17,063 bases of DNA. Source: Candidatus Eiseniibacteriota bacterium. Lineage in GTDB: Bacteria > Arandabacterota > Arandabacteria > Arandabacterales > Arandabacteraceae. Shown here piece after piece: positions 16,157 through 17,063 of this stretch. The notes under the pieces were generated by a model. That model saw only the letters and a list, made by a program, of their open reading frames with translations. It searched no databases and was not told the DNA's origin. The position numbers and the translations under genes were made by a program. Position 1 is the first letter of the stretch. Each line of letters starts with the position of its first letter. The stretch is from positions 1-17,063 of the forward strand of contig JBDRNT010000026.1 in NCBI GenBank assembly GCA_043810925.1, given 5' to 3'.

Positions 16157-16433
16157 CCTCGCTTTTTCAAGGCTGCCTTTGTGTGTCTATTGGGTTATAG
16201 CACTCTCCCCGGACAAATGTCTGAAAGCGTGATTCTGTGGGACCGTCTTGCCCTCGGGATCAAGCGAATCGCGAGAGGCCAGACAAAGATCACTGTATCT
16301 CCGTAGATGGCTCCTTGGACTGTAACATAGGTAGAACCTTCATAGCGGAGTTCAGATGGCCGAAGGCAGGAAGGTGGCCTCGGGGGAGCAAACCCAAGAA
16401 GGTCCATTGGAACCCGGTTGCCATTGTGTTTGA

Positions 16434-16600
16434 GTGGCGGCATGCCTTTGATATACTGCCCACCTTCTCAGCGTATCGAAAGACCCTGAGTTTCCGCTTT
16501 ATGTCTCTTTCTGCCTTTGACATCGTGAACATCTCCTTCGGTTGAAGGCTCCAGCCTAACTAACACACCAAATGTGTCGACCGGAGTGTGAAGTTTCATA
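16434..16600 (-). mobile_element. IS481-family remnant: left end plus first ~30 codons (HTH start)
   Basis: AAGGAG then MSKAERDIKRKLRVFRYAEKVGSISKACRH (ATG 16523), typical of IS481 transposase N-termini; similarity is lost after that. TATGAAACTTCA from 16600 resembles a mutated TGT-type terminal repeat. Confidence 0.65.
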
Positions 16601-16785
16601 ACCTCCGCTTGGAATGCTCGGGAGGTGCCTCTTGATGATTATCAGGTCAGTTGATCTCGTAAGAAGTGACCCGGCCACTATAGCGACGACTGGCTTCCAA
16701 TCCAAGCAGTTGACACCATTATTGAATTTAGTTACCATCGTGGAATGAAAAGAGGCCCGTTTACATTATTGGATCTTCTAAGATT

Positions 16786-17063
16786 ATGCCGAAAAAGAAG
16801 ATAACTCGCGAACCCTTTGAGATCAAGGACTGCGCCCTTGCGGCAGTCGCGACCGGGCACAAGGCTCAGAACCTCAAGGAGCTGCGTGATGGCATCGAGA
16901 CTGTCATGCCCGGCAGCATCGCCTATCATTTCTGGGCCGGGAAACTGAGGCCCCGTTTCGACGACCCGGAGTTTAACAACGACTTTGCGGCCTGGTCGAG
17001 ACACGCTCTCCACGACAAGGTCCTTGCCGAGCGGCTCGGGATGATCGATCCCACCTCGTTCGA
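16786..17063 (+). CDS. DUF5752-like protein, 5' part (runs off the window)
   Basis: MPKKKITREPFEIKDCALAAVATGHKAQNLKELRDGIETVMPGSIAYHFW...PEFNNDFAAW...LAERLGMIDP, open to the window end. Missing from the ORF track. From memory this family often neighbours trehalose synthesis genes. Confidence 0.8.
   Translation, partial: MPKKKITREPFEIKDCALAAVATGHKAQNLKELRDGIETVMPGSIAYHFWAGKLRPRFDDPEFNNDFAAWSRHALHDKVLAERLGMIDPTSF

Noticed and set aside
16732-17013. Minus-strand 93-aa ORF
   Set aside because: Antisense shadow of the DUF5752-like gene.

Overview
Bacterial window with three parts. (1) ~1-3600 is an AT-richer accessory patch. It holds the C-terminal half of a large serine recombinase, whose 3' end runs into a cut-off signal-peptide gene. 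It also holds small unknown minus-strand genes, a secreted protein ending in TWGRVKNMYR, and two copies of an unrecognised module: a basic protein with a WYLVKNPLPPFL motif plus a ~105-bp conserved, hairpin-rich non-coding element. A third, partial and inverted copy of the element lies at ~946-1017. (2) 3621-11936 encodes envelope/secreted proteins: an outer-membrane beta-barrel, a sulfite-oxidase-family molybdoenzyme, a DUF3887-like/alpha-beta hydrolase fusion, and a 1531-aa adhesin-like protein with six 123-bp BNR repeats. (3) 12365-17063 has 2-oxoacid:ferredoxin oxidoreductase beta/alpha genes, decayed IS110 and IS481 elements, and the start of a DUF5752-like gene cut by the window edge. 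All family calls come from motif recognition by eye; no searches were run.
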